A stretch of DNA of 64,000 nt from Nitrospinaceae bacterium (GCA_965223665.1 OZ245011.1:1504001-1568000), one strand, 5' to 3'. Positions 10,417 through 20,250 are shown, numbered from the stretch's first letter. Program-made: numbers and translations. Notes: generated from the letters alone by a model not told the origin.

Positions 10417-10445
10417 AAGGTCCACTATCGGTCGAAAGTGGACAC
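10417..10445 (+). repeat. Repeat family A palindrome with compensatory stem change
   Basis: GTCCACT-ATCGGTCGAA-AGTGGAC, 15 bp after the methyltransferase stop. Confidence 0.75.
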
Positions 10446-10584
10446 CCATTTAAATTAAAAAACAAACTTTTCTCAGAGTCACACCATCCACAACAGAAGT
10501 GTCCTTGATTAAGAAAGATTGAGAAGTAGAAACGGCCAGCCTGTTTGTATTGACCTCAACGCGACGACTCAAACTGTTTTGCAA

Positions 10585-10938
10585 TCAGGGAAAAGGAATA
10601 TGAACCCCAACTCCAATATCAACACCACCCTCAATAGTCGGTTTATTTTGTCCGCCTGAATTACGGGGTTGCCGGACGTCAGGGTAATCCCCTCGCTGCT
10701 TTGTCGGGTAGTGACTGATTCTTCTGGGCTGACATTTTTTAGCATGTCCGGGAGGGACTTTTCCTTGTTTAGCTAACCCGGGTGGTGTACCACAACGACT
10801 GTTGTGACTTTTGGAATAATTGCCATTTCCTTTATGTTTTCCCCATTTTTTACCACCTGCAAATGAAACAGATGAAAAGAGAAAAATTAATACCAACGCC
10901 GGGATCACAAAAAATACCGATTTATTCATGGACCGCAT
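10585..10938 (-). CDS. Small secreted basic protein with PPGLAK/PPGHAK motifs
   Basis: Signal peptide, PPGLAKQGKVPPGHAKK, SD GAGGAGG. Confidence 0.75.
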   Translation of the reverse strand: MRSMNKSVFFVIPALVLIFLFSSVSFAGGKKWGKHKGNGNYSKSHNSRCGTPPGLAKQGKVPPGHAKKCQPRRISHYPTKQRGDYPDVRQPRNSGGQNKPTIEGGVDIGVGVHIPFP

Positions 10939-11273
10939 TCAATATCCTCCTCAGTTATAAAAATTATAAAAACAGGTTAAGGACATTACCGGGTTTGTGA
11001 AACAGATAAATGTGGGGAGAATCCAAAGGATTGAAAAATCAGATCAACAAAAATTTAATTTTCCAGGTAAATCTATGCCATTGCAAACGCTTTATAATCA
11101 TTTCTTTTTCAAATGGAGACCTGCCTCCTGAGTAAGGAAAAAACGCAGCACAGATAATCCAGGAATTCTGGACTAACAACTGAAAAATTGCCAATGAGGC
11201 AGATTAAAAGAATACAACAAATAACCTCCTCGAAACCAGTTCAGTAAATAAAGGATGATATAATTTCATCATT

Positions 11274-11726
11274 ATGAAAATTTCACTTCTGGCTGATCAT
11301 AAAGAGGTATTACCTATTCTGACTGACTGGTACTTATTAGAATGGGAACCGTACTATGGAGTTCATGGCACTGGAAATGCACAAGCGGATCTCGAGTCTC
11401 GCTGCAATTACGACGAGATTCCTATTGGCCTGGTGGCAATGGAGGGAGACCGAGTCTGCGGAACCATTGCGTTAGACCAGGATGCAGCCACTGATCTTAC
11501 GCCCTCAGTGGTAGGCTTGTTGGTAGACCGTGCCCATCGAAGAAAAGGCATTGGGAAGGAACTCTTAAAATCGGCAGAAAATCTTGCACGTAAACTTGGA
11601 TACAAACGGGTCTATATGAGTACCACCGTCCTGGGCAACCTGCTTGAAGGCCGGGGATGGCAACAATTGAAGGAAGTTACGTTTCTGAATGGAGAACAGG
11701 GGTTAATTTATGTCCGCGAATTTTAA
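11274..11726 (+). CDS. GNAT-family N-acetyltransferase
   Basis: Motif A LLVDRAHRRKGIG. Confidence 0.88.
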   Translation: MKISLLADHKEVLPILTDWYLLEWEPYYGVHGTGNAQADLESRCNYDEIPIGLVAMEGDRVCGTIALDQDAATDLTPSVVGLLVDRAHRRKGIGKELLKSAENLARKLGYKRVYMSTTVLGNLLEGRGWQQLKEVTFLNGEQGLIYVREF

Positions 11727-11740
11727 TATAGATCGTTTCC

Positions 11741-11796
11741 AAGTCCGCTAATGATATTGCCATCTCCTTTCAGGATGATAGAATCCAAAGTGGAAA
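11741..11796 (+). repeat. Repeat family A, long degenerate form
   Basis: AAGTCCGCTA...GAATCCAAAGTGGAAA between GNAT and M90 peptidase genes. Confidence 0.5.
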
Positions 11797-11838
11797 AGTT
11801 ATATAATTGTTAAAAAGCATCGATAAAGGTTAATTATT

Positions 11839-12633
11839 ATGTGGAACTGGTTTCGTAAATTTCGGCGCAGGAAATTACTGGCTGAGCCTTTCCCCAGCGA
11901 GTGGGAAACGTACATCCAAAAAAGCCTTCCTTATTATAAGCACCTGAACGCTGAAGAACAAAAGCGGTTGCGGAGCCTCGTCCAGATCTTTATTGCCGAG
12001 AAAGATTGGCTGGGATGCAACGGCCTGGAGTTGACCGATGAAATTCGCGTTGTCATTGCCGCCCATGCCTGTTTGCTGATCCTGGCGTTGCCCAACGAAT
12101 TTTACCGCAATGTGAAGTCCATTTATGTTTACCCGACCACGGTCGTTTCGCCCGAGAGTCCCACCAGTTTTTTTGATATTCCGACGTCTCCGGTGCGGGG
12201 TCCGTTTCCCATTCTCGGCGAAGCGCATCATCAGGGTCCGGTGATCCTCGTCTGGGATGCTATTAAAAAAGAAACACGCCATCCCGAAGGCGGCCATAAC
12301 GTGGTCTATCACGAATTCGCGCACAAACTGGACATGCTCGATGGCAGTGCCGACGGCACACCTCCCCTGGCCACGGCGGAGGAATTCAAGCAGTGGGTTG
12401 AGGTCTGTTCCAAAACATACCTGGAATTACGTGACAAGGTGGAAAAAGGCAAGCCGGTAAAAATTGACAGTTACGCGGCGACGAATGAAGCGGAGTTTTT
12501 CGCGGTGGTGACGGAATATTTTTTCAACAAACCACAAAATATGAAAAAGCATCATCCCAAACTGTATCAGGTGCTACAGAGTTTCTATCAGCAAGACCCC
12601 GCGCAGAAAATGCTGAACTCTTCACAATCTTAG
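11839..12633 (+). CDS. mtfA: MtfA-like zinc peptidase (M90 family)
   Basis: NVVYHEFAHKLD and YAATNEAEFFAVVTEYFF. Confidence 0.9.
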   Translation: MWNWFRKFRRRKLLAEPFPSEWETYIQKSLPYYKHLNAEEQKRLRSLVQIFIAEKDWLGCNGLELTDEIRVVIAAHACLLILALPNEFYRNVKSIYVYPTTVVSPESPTSFFDIPTSPVRGPFPILGEAHHQGPVILVWDAIKKETRHPEGGHNVVYHEFAHKLDMLDGSADGTPPLATAEEFKQWVEVCSKTYLELRDKVEKGKPVKIDSYAATNEAEFFAVVTEYFFNKPQNMKKHHPKLYQVLQSFYQQDPAQKMLNSSQS

Positions 12634-12779
12634 ACAACCTAACTAACCTGATTTCGTCTCAAATCAAATAGAGTTGTCTGCTCCAGCAATTTCCACTACA
12701 ATGTGATTGGCAACCATGAGAGAAAGAGCATACCCGAAAAATTTAAATGCAAGTCCTTCTAAAGGAGAAATCCCTACCT

Positions 12780-13388
12780 ATGAAAACGGGAAAAAGAAAA
12801 CTTATTTTCATACTGATTTTAAGCTTATTCATTTATGCCTGCGGCTCTGGCCTTTCAAATGGAGTGATGCATGATTTAAAAATCGCTAATCAGGCGGAAC
12901 GCAACGGAGTTTGGAGTACCGCCAAAACTCATTATGAAAAAGCTTTAGTTCAGGCCAAGGCGGAAGGAGCCACCGAAAAGATGCAAGCCATATTAAATTA
13001 CCAATACGGGAGAGCTTTAGGAGTCACTTGTTCTTTTAAGGAAGCGGAGCAGCACCTCTTAAAAGCCCTTGAACAGGATGAAAGAAATAATGGGGACACA
13101 TTCAAGGATTTAACCGAATTGGCCCGGTTGCATTATGACCAGAAAAATTATTCCAAAGCGATTTCTTATTTCGAAAAAAATATTCCCATCCTTGAAAAGT
13201 GGGATGCGTCGAGCAAAGCACCTATTGCATATTCAGAAATATTATTTGAATATTCACGAGCCCTTCATCATACGGGAAATACCTCCAAAGCCGAGGACTT
13301 GAAAAATAAAGCAATGGATATCCGTAACCAACACTCTCAGAGATATTCCATTACGGAACGCACCCCTTATGGAAAATATTGTGATTGA
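12780..13388 (+). CDS. TPR-repeat lipoprotein
   Basis: Lipobox IYAC; TPR helices (AEQHLLKAL, LARLHYDQKNYSKAISYF). Confidence 0.8.
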   Translation: MKTGKRKLIFILILSLFIYACGSGLSNGVMHDLKIANQAERNGVWSTAKTHYEKALVQAKAEGATEKMQAILNYQYGRALGVTCSFKEAEQHLLKALEQDERNNGDTFKDLTELARLHYDQKNYSKAISYFEKNIPILEKWDASSKAPIAYSEILFEYSRALHHTGNTSKAEDLKNKAMDIRNQHSQRYSITERTPYGKYCD

Positions 13389-13443
13389 TGTAAAAAATTT
13401 TCCGGAACCCCAGCGTTTTTAAACAATGCTTACCGGGAGGATT

Positions 13444-13965
13444 ATGCCAAAGACAAAACTCTGGATTATGATATGCATGGTACTTATAGCTGCGGGGTGT
13501 ACCTTACCTCGTTTTCCGGGAGACTCTATTTCCAAAGCTCCAAAACCAACCCCTAATAAGGATTATGCCACCGTCTATCTTTACCGATATGGTAAGAACA
13601 CTCCCATAAAAACCGGCATCGTTAGAATGTATGTTGATAACAATTTGGCGTTCAAAGCGGCAGATTCAAGTTTCACCTGGATATTAGTTAAACCTGGGTT
13701 ACACGAAATAAAAACTTCCTGGACATGGGATACCAAACCCCTTTTAGCAGGAGGTTATTTCGATAATGATGATAAAAATCTGTCCATTAATTTCGAAGCA
13801 GGAGAAACTTACTATATTAATTACAGGACCACAGAGGGTTATGATTCCATGGGACGTTTTAAAAATATTTTAATTGTCAAAGCCGAGTTGGAAAATACAA
13901 AATCCTACGTAGCACTTAGCGAAATGGAAAACTGTGGGTACCTGAGTAATAGTTATAAACCCTAG
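13444..13965 (+). CDS. Lipoprotein, DUF2846-like
   Basis: Lipobox AAGC; ATVYLYR, VKPGLHEI, EAGETYYI. Confidence 0.75.
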   Translation: MPKTKLWIMICMVLIAAGCTLPRFPGDSISKAPKPTPNKDYATVYLYRYGKNTPIKTGIVRMYVDNNLAFKAADSSFTWILVKPGLHEIKTSWTWDTKPLLAGGYFDNDDKNLSINFEAGETYYINYRTTEGYDSMGRFKNILIVKAELENTKSYVALSEMENCGYLSNSYKP

Positions 13966-13977
13966 ACAGTGAAAAGA

Positions 13978-14048
13978 TTCTGTGGGTTCTGCATTCACAC
14001 ATACTCATCGAAAACAAAATTTTCCCTCCGGGCGTGGCCCGAAAATCC
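13978..14048 (+). repeat. Repeat family B copy 2
   Basis: TTCTGTGGGTTCTGCATTCACACATACTCATCGAAAA...CCGGGCGTGGCCCGAAAATCC. Confidence 0.75.
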
Positions 14049-14149
14049 ATTAAAATACTTGCCTAAAAAAGAAAAAATCGAGTAACAAAATATATTTAAT
14101 ATTCAAGTACGGTAAAATAACCTTTTAATATTCTGAATTCAAAGTTTGT

Positions 14150-15571
14150 ATGGAAATTTTGAAATTACTTTATATTGCATTGGGGCCTGGAATAGCGTTA
14201 GCAGTTTATATTTATTATTCCGACAAGTGGGAACCAGAACCCAAATTGATGGTAAGCAAAACTTTTTTATTAGGGGGTTTTGCCTGCTTTCCTGCAAGCT
14301 ATATGGAAAGTGCGCTGGAAAATATTTTTGGTTTAGAAAAAGCATTTGTTGGCAACTCGAGTTTCTTCGGGTGGCAACATGTTTTCTATGCTTTTGTCGT
14401 AGTGGCTTTGGTAGAAGAATTTTGTAAATTTTTATTCCTTAAAGGTTTCATCTATGATGACAGAGAATTTAATGAGCCCTTTGACGGAATTGTCTATGGA
14501 GCCTTATTTGGTTGTGGATTTGCTACTGTGGAAAACCTGTTTTACGTGTTTCCACTGGGACAAGAAACAGGCATTTTCAGGATGTTTACAGCAGTTCCCT
14601 CCCATGTTTTTGAGGGAATTATTTTTGGATACTTTATGGGAAAAGCAAAATTTGGTTTTGAGCCAGAAAAAACTTTGATGAAAGGTTTTTTGGTAACCGT
14701 AAGTCTCCATGGAATATATGATGTAGCCGCTTTATCCCATTTTAACTGGTCGTATCTTGCTATATTGGGAATGGTATCCCTGGGTATCTATTTTGGGTTG
14801 AGGGCAAAAAAAGACCTGGAAAAACATTCTACAGTGATTGAATTTTCACCTGCAAAATTCAAGATTTCAAAAAAGGGAATAACAAAAAAATACTTAGCAC
14901 TAAAAGATATCCGTTGTTTATTGTCTGAGGGTAAACTAAGCCCTGAGGATTCTCTCGTTGCTGTAAAAAGCAAAAATACCAAGCTGGTAAAAGAAGTTTT
15001 TTCTCCTCAAATTATTTCGCAATACAAAGGTCTAACCAAAATCCCTACCAAGGGGCAATCCATAGGCTTCTTTTTGCTCTTATATAGTCTGACCTTTGGT
15101 TTTTATTTTTACTTTTGGTTTCTTAGAAATTACAGAAAGTTTCGAAATCATAAAGGGATCAAGTTAAACCCGGAATATAAGACCTTACAACTTTTTATTT
15201 TTTCAATTCTACCTTATATTATTTTTAAAGTAATTCTGGAAAAATTATACGGAATTCAATTTGAAAACTATGTCACGATCTCCTTAGAATGGATTGTTGC
15301 AGGAATTCAAACCGCATTCTTATACCTTCAACTCAAAACAATTAAAAGGTTTTTAAAAAGGAGGTTAAAAGGAACTTTTAATGTTTCAATTATCGCGATT
15401 CAATTTTTTATTTTAAATGGTTTAATAAACATGCTGCCCCATAATATGCCCTATTTTTTATTTTATTTTTTTGTTTTAGTTTTAATTCAGGGTTGGGTTT
15501 TAGTCAGTGTCCAAAAAGATTTAAATGAATATTGGCTACAGGAAAGAAGGCGACTGGTTGAAATGAAATAA
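14150..15571 (+). CDS. PrsW-family intramembrane metalloprotease with long C-terminal extension (second membrane domain)
   Basis: DKWEPEP, VEEFCK, FDGIVYG, GFATVEN, PSH, LHGIYD; C-terminal LTFGFYFYFW segment (DUF4234-like). Confidence 0.85.
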   Translation: MEILKLLYIALGPGIALAVYIYYSDKWEPEPKLMVSKTFLLGGFACFPASYMESALENIFGLEKAFVGNSSFFGWQHVFYAFVVVALVEEFCKFLFLKGFIYDDREFNEPFDGIVYGALFGCGFATVENLFYVFPLGQETGIFRMFTAVPSHVFEGIIFGYFMGKAKFGFEPEKTLMKGFLVTVSLHGIYDVAALSHFNWSYLAILGMVSLGIYFGLRAKKDLEKHSTVIEFSPAKFKISKKGITKKYLALKDIRCLLSEGKLSPEDSLVAVKSKNTKLVKEVFSPQIISQYKGLTKIPTKGQSIGFFLLLYSLTFGFYFYFWFLRNYRKFRNHKGIKLNPEYKTLQLFIFSILPYIIFKVILEKLYGIQFENYVTISLEWIVAGIQTAFLYLQLKTIKRFLKRRLKGTFNVSIIAIQFFILNGLINMLPHNMPYFLFYFFVLVLIQGWVLVSVQKDLNEYWLQERRRLVEMK

Positions 15572-15655
15572 TTTCCGCGCATATATCATCCCATGCAAAA
15601 AAATATATGCTGCAATAAATCGGTAAATGATTCCTTCATTTACCAGTCCCTATAA

Positions 15656-16237
15656 TTAATTCTCACCATGCAGGCTTTCTTTTCCAAACTTTTCATTGGC
15701 CACATAACCTTCTCCTTCTATATTGCGACCCATTTTTTGAAGGACACTGATATAACGTTCCAATGTATGGGTTGTTAAGGGGTCTTTTTGACCTAAAGTT
15801 TTTTCAAAAATATTTAATGCGCGTTTCAGTATAGGCTCTGCCTCTTCAAACTTTTCTTGGGAGAGATAGTTTTCTCCTAGATTTTTCAGATTTGCCGCCA
15901 CAATAATGTGTTTATCCCCATAAATTTTTTCTGAGTTCTCAAGAGATTGCTTAATATAAATTTCCGCTTCCACGTATTTATTCTGTGCCCTATAAACTTC
16001 CATTAAATTGTTCAGGGACAAATTTAATCTGGGATCGTTTATAGAGAATTCTTCTGCCTGCTTAAGCGCGGCCAAAAATTGATTTTGAGCTTCCAGTAAA
16101 TTCCCGGCATTGTAGGCAGATAATCCAGCATGATTATAGTCTTCCCAATTCTTTGTTGGAGGATAAAAATAGTTCTTGAGGAAAAGTAGAGTTCCAACAA
16201 CTGCTACGAATATTGCCAAAGCCTTTGTTTTTGTCAT
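15656..16237 (-). CDS. Membrane-anchored TPR protein
   Basis: N-terminal TM; SLNNL..VYRAQNKYVEAE, EEAEPILKRALNIFEKTLG. Confidence 0.85.
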   Translation of the reverse strand: MTKTKALAIFVAVVGTLLFLKNYFYPPTKNWEDYNHAGLSAYNAGNLLEAQNQFLAALKQAEEFSINDPRLNLSLNNLMEVYRAQNKYVEAEIYIKQSLENSEKIYGDKHIIVAANLKNLGENYLSQEKFEEAEPILKRALNIFEKTLGQKDPLTTHTLERYISVLQKMGRNIEGEGYVANEKFGKESLHGEN

Positions 16238-16286
16238 CAAAAGGGCCCTTGCGCAAAGGATATTTAATAATCTATATTGTAGAAGA

Positions 16287-16680
16287 TTATACCCTACACT
16301 TGAACCAAATTGATTTTAGTATTGGAAAAAGAAGAACTTTCTCCAATGGAATTGGTGAGGCAGGTCGCCGTGCCGTATCGATCCAACCGCATGACGGCAT
16401 TGGGGCTGGCCTCTGTCCACAGTCAGGCCCTCCATGAATAGTTTCGTTATCAATCTTTATATCCCGTGCCCCGTAGGCCCAGCGGCCAGATCCCTTCCAG
16501 GTAGGTCGCGGAAATAAGTTTGACTCGGCTCTATATTTCCATCCGAGTTGTTTCACATCCTGGCTATTGATCAGGATTCCATTCACATGGCTCCAGGATT
16601 GGGAATGGGTTCTGGAGTTTCCTCCGGCAATGGATTTGTAGGCAATTAATGAAAGTGGAAATTGATCATCCTGATCCTGC
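16287..16680 (-). pseudogene. Decayed 3' fragment of a TtrA-like molybdopterin oxidoreductase (homologous to 61021-61520)
   Basis: WAYGARDIKIDNETI and long nucleotide matches to 61021-61520; frameshifts and a ~100-bp deletion. Confidence 0.9.
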
Positions 16681-16688
16681 GCAGAAAG

Positions 16689-17423
16689 TTACGAACCGCG
16701 CGCTATTCTCTCCACCGTTTCCTGCACGGCGGGAGTTTTGGAAGTGATCTGCGTGGGTTCGCCTTCCTTAAAACGGAAGTCGCAATGGGCGCAACCATCG
16801 GCCAGCGTCTGTGTGCGAATGAGTCCCCAGCCCAACGCATCGCTCAACGCAATGTCTGACATACAGATGTAGGGAGCAAACTCTTCTCCGCCATGACTTT
16901 TTACAAAGTTTATGTTTCCGCATTGAAGATAATTCACACCAAAGTCGAAATCGTTACCGTCTCCCACCAGGTACTCCACTTCAAAGTCGCCCAAATGGGC
17001 CCTCTCCTGTTTTCTGGCCCGCCTCTTCAAAATCATCCTTGCCAGCGATGAAAACATGAATTTTTTCATCAGCCACTTTTTCCATTTGGGAATCTCATCT
17101 GTTCGTAACCGGATGGCCTCGTGGCAAAGCTCCCACGCTTCCGCAACGGACTTGCCATGTTGCTTCATTACTTTATACACGGCGAGTTCCTGTGCGGTGA
17201 TGAGAAGAAAAGCATTGAACGGCCTGCCCCGAAATCTCTGGATGTAGGGAATCTCCGGGATGAGCTTTTCAAATTCCTGATGCGCTTCAGTCTTGAACCG
17301 GTCGGAGAATTCCTTACCAAAATGGGTGATCACCCAATCTTCAGTTAAAGACACGGTATGATCAAACTCTTCCAGAAGAGATTCCTTCTGCGCTGAGTAA
17401 TAACCTGTTATCTGGTCAGACAT
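16689..17423 (-). CDS. L-2-amino-thiazoline-4-carboxylic acid hydrolase-like family protein
   Basis: NYLQCG...PYICMSD...LIRTQTLADGCAHCDFRF. Confidence 0.8.
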   Translation of the reverse strand: MSDQITGYYSAQKESLLEEFDHTVSLTEDWVITHFGKEFSDRFKTEAHQEFEKLIPEIPYIQRFRGRPFNAFLLITAQELAVYKVMKQHGKSVAEAWELCHEAIRLRTDEIPKWKKWLMKKFMFSSLARMILKRRARKQERAHLGDFEVEYLVGDGNDFDFGVNYLQCGNINFVKSHGGEEFAPYICMSDIALSDALGWGLIRTQTLADGCAHCDFRFKEGEPTQITSKTPAVQETVERIARGS

Positions 17424-17559
17424 TTTAAAGACTCTCTAAATTAAGGCTTCATATTAATAAAGACCGGACGGGGATCGGTTTTATTCCCATCGATTGCTTT
17501 GGCAACCCACTCCAAGAAAGGGAACTTCTCACAAATAAGATTAAGGGAAAACCCCTGGA

Positions 17560-17707
17560 GGTAAAATCTCTCAGCCCGCAGCGTGACGCTGCACCCAGAA
17601 TAAATTTTCGATAGTTTTCTTAACGTTCCTGATGGTTATTCGATAACTTAAAATTATTTTTGCCTCCCACCGCAAGGTTGGGAAAAAGGGATCGCATAAG
17701 CTTCCAC
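17560..17707 (+). mobile_element. Partial MITE (family C), right-hand part
   Basis: CAGCCCGCAGCGTGACGCTGCACCC.GAATAA matches 56146-56177; GGTTGGGAAAAAGGGATCGCAT matches the inner inverted repeat. Confidence 0.7.
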
Positions 17708-17740
17708 TAATTCATTTTTTGGTTCAAAGGTTAAGGTTGC

Positions 17741-17809
17741 TGATGGTTCTTCATTCACACAGACTCATCGAAAATTAAACTTTTCCTCCGGACGTGGTCC
17801 GGAAACCCC
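17741..17809 (+). repeat. Repeat family B copy 3
   Basis: GGTTCTTCATTCACACAGACTCATCGAAAA...CCGGACGTGGTCCGGAAACCCC. Confidence 0.75.
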
Positions 17810-18275
17810 TGAATGGGAATCACCCTGGCCCTCTTAAGAAAAGAGGAAATACATGGGTCTTTTTTTAATCCTTTGTATTTTGTTCTCTACCCGAGATTAT
17901 TCCAAAGTCTCTCCCATAATGCAGATGAACCCTTTCGGTGTTATTCACCCTGTTAAAGGGTCCGATTGTTTTTACCGCCTTTACCGTGTTGACAGAAAAT
18001 TATGGGTTAAGTTCTGCCTTGAGGCCATTAACCTATAGGATAAAACTAATTCTAAAAGACCATTGATCGAGTAACTCCATTGCTCGCATTTGATTTTACG
18101 AAGTACTTATTTCAAAAAACCTAACCATTTATTTTTAGAATCGTTTTTGGTGTAAATACATCATTAAATAGTACTTATTTGCTGAATAGATACCGAAGTT
18201 TTAGAAAATCAGGTGTGAACTTATAAAAATATGGAAAACTCAAATTTTAACCCGGGTATTTGCAGAAAATAGACT

Positions 18276-19976
18276 ATGACCATCCCTATTCTAATTCTTC
18301 TCTTTCCTCTCTTAGCCGGGATTTTTATTTGGTCCTTTGGCAACCGAATGTTGGCTCACGTGGCCAAAATCGGAGTCCTTGCCACCTCGATTGCCTGCCT
18401 TCTTTCCGTTTGGACCCTTTATTATGTCAGCACTGAGGGAACGGTCCAATTTGATTTTTGGACGTTAGGCTCAGAAGGTGCACCCATTTTTAAGATTGGT
18501 ATGATGGTCGATCGGCTCACCGCAGTGATGATGTTGTTGATCACAAGTGTGAGCGTCGTCATTCATACATATTCAGTCCGGTATCTGGAAGGCGATCCGG
18601 GTTACGCCCGATTTTTTGCTTTATTAAGCTTTATGACCTTTGTCATCCTTTCTGTTGTTTCCAGTCCAAATTTATTCATGCTGTTTATATTCTGGCAGCT
18701 ATTGAGTTTGACACTTTATCTTATACTTAACTTTAACTACACGCATCCAGACTCTTGTCGGAATGCGTTTAAAACTTTTTTTGTCCACCGTGTCGGAGAC
18801 GTCAGTTTTCTTTGCGGGTTGTTTCTTGCCTACAAATATTTCGGGACTTTTGAGTTCACAGAACTGTTTGACGCGGCCGCCAAAACCCCTCACATGATTT
18901 CCTTATTACCAGGAACCATTATTGAGGTCAGCGTTATTTCGTTGATTGGTTTCCTTATCTTTATTGGGGCAATGGCCAAGTCCGCGCAGTTCCCGTTACA
19001 CGTGTGGCTGCCGGACACCATGGATTCACCCACTCCCGTTTCGGCTCTAATGCATGCGGGAATTATCAACGCCGGCGGATTTTTACTGAATCGTCTGGCT
19101 CCCTTTTATGTTCAATCGTCGGGTTTGCTCCATATTGTATTTTTAATTGGTGTTGCCACGGTTCTGCTGGGAGCCGCCATGATGCTGGCGCAAAATGACA
19201 TTAAGAAAACCCTCGGGTTTTCTACGATGGGGCAAATGGGATACATGATTATGGAATGCGGGCTCGGAGCATTTGCACTGGCCATATTCCATTTAATTGC
19301 CCACGGCTTTTTCAAAGCCACTTTGTTTTTAGGGGCCGGAACCGGCATTCACGCCGCGCGGGAAGAACCCCACCGCCCTCATTCGGAGGAACATCCTGTC
19401 GAGGAGACACAGCAATCCCACAAGTTAACCTGGGTAACGGGTTTAGTGGTCACGCTAATGATGCCGCTGGTGATTCTAATGATCGCCCACGACATGCTGG
19501 ATATCCATTTGGAAGAATCTCATGGAGAAGTGATTTTCCTCTTTTTCAGTTGGGTAACCGCATCTCAGGTGATGTTCAGTTTATATCGTCTTCAGGCCGT
19601 GGATTCCTGGAAAGTGGCTCTCACCATGATTGGCGCCCTGTTTTTCATCGGATTCATTTATCTGTGGGTAGGTGAGAAATTCACGCATTTCCTTTACCCC
19701 GGACCGGGAGTCGCCGACAGTTTCTTTGTAGCGGCGGCGTTTAATCCCACGGTTTTTGATTTCATAATAATACTATCCACTATAGGTATTATATTTGGAT
19801 GGTTTGTCATCTATACAAATACGAAGGGACAAAAAGTGTTTATCACAGGTTGGATCATTTCCCTACGTAAACAATTATATATTCTATTAATCAATCGGTT
19901 TTATGTAGACCGAATTTATATTCGATGGAGCAAAAGCATTATGAGACTGGCACAAAAAGTCGCCATTCGTTTCTAA
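18276..19976 (+). CDS. dabB: DabB / NuoL-like membrane subunit of DAB inorganic-carbon transporter
   Basis: GAMAKSAQFPLHVWLPDTMDSPTPVSALMHAG, STMGQMGYM, HLIAHGFFKA; same operon as DUF2309. Confidence 0.88.
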   Translation: MTIPILILLFPLLAGIFIWSFGNRMLAHVAKIGVLATSIACLLSVWTLYYVSTEGTVQFDFWTLGSEGAPIFKIGMMVDRLTAVMMLLITSVSVVIHTYSVRYLEGDPGYARFFALLSFMTFVILSVVSSPNLFMLFIFWQLLSLTLYLILNFNYTHPDSCRNAFKTFFVHRVGDVSFLCGLFLAYKYFGTFEFTELFDAAAKTPHMISLLPGTIIEVSVISLIGFLIFIGAMAKSAQFPLHVWLPDTMDSPTPVSALMHAGIINAGGFLLNRLAPFYVQSSGLLHIVFLIGVATVLLGAAMMLAQNDIKKTLGFSTMGQMGYMIMECGLGAFALAIFHLIAHGFFKATLFLGAGTGIHAAREEPHRPHSEEHPVEETQQSHKLTWVTGLVVTLMMPLVILMIAHDMLDIHLEESHGEVIFLFFSWVTASQVMFSLYRLQAVDSWKVALTMIGALFFIGFIYLWVGEKFTHFLYPGPGVADSFFVAAAFNPTVFDFIIILSTIGIIFGWFVIYTNTKGQKVFITGWIISLRKQLYILLINRFYVDRIYIRWSKSIMRLAQKVAIRF

Positions 19977-19982
19977 AATGCT

Positions 19983-20231
19983 ATGGATAAATATATGAAT
20001 AATCAACAGACTGTTTCAAAAACTTTTCCTCCTTCTTTTCCAGTAGGATGGATGGTTAAAATCTCAAAACCTATACTGAAACCCATAGTTTTAATGACCG
20101 TTATTGGCTTAGGAATGTTCATGAGCCTCTTATATATTCTTTTAAACCATCGGTTTTTTGCAGACCGGATTTTTGTTCGATCAAGAAAAAGCATCATGCG
20201 GCTGGCGCAAAACGTAGCCATTCGTTTCTAA
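19983..20231 (+). CDS. Chimeric 82-aa membrane mini-protein produced by tandem duplication
   Basis: N-half resembles the start of the next gene, C-half resembles the DabB C-terminus; open frame. Confidence 0.55.
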   Translation: MDKYMNNQQTVSKTFPPSFPVGWMVKISKPILKPIVLMTVIGLGMFMSLLYILLNHRFFADRIFVRSRKSIMRLAQNVAIRF

Positions 20232-20250
20232 AATGTTATAGGTAGGTGTG

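Noticed and set aside
12670-12700. Additional family-A sites here and near 15571, 25420, 42890, 51443
   Set aside because: Only 6-9 matching bases and no partner arm; could be chance.
16287-16586. 99-aa ORF as a real gene
   Set aside because: It is a frameshifted mosaic of the TtrA-like C-terminus.
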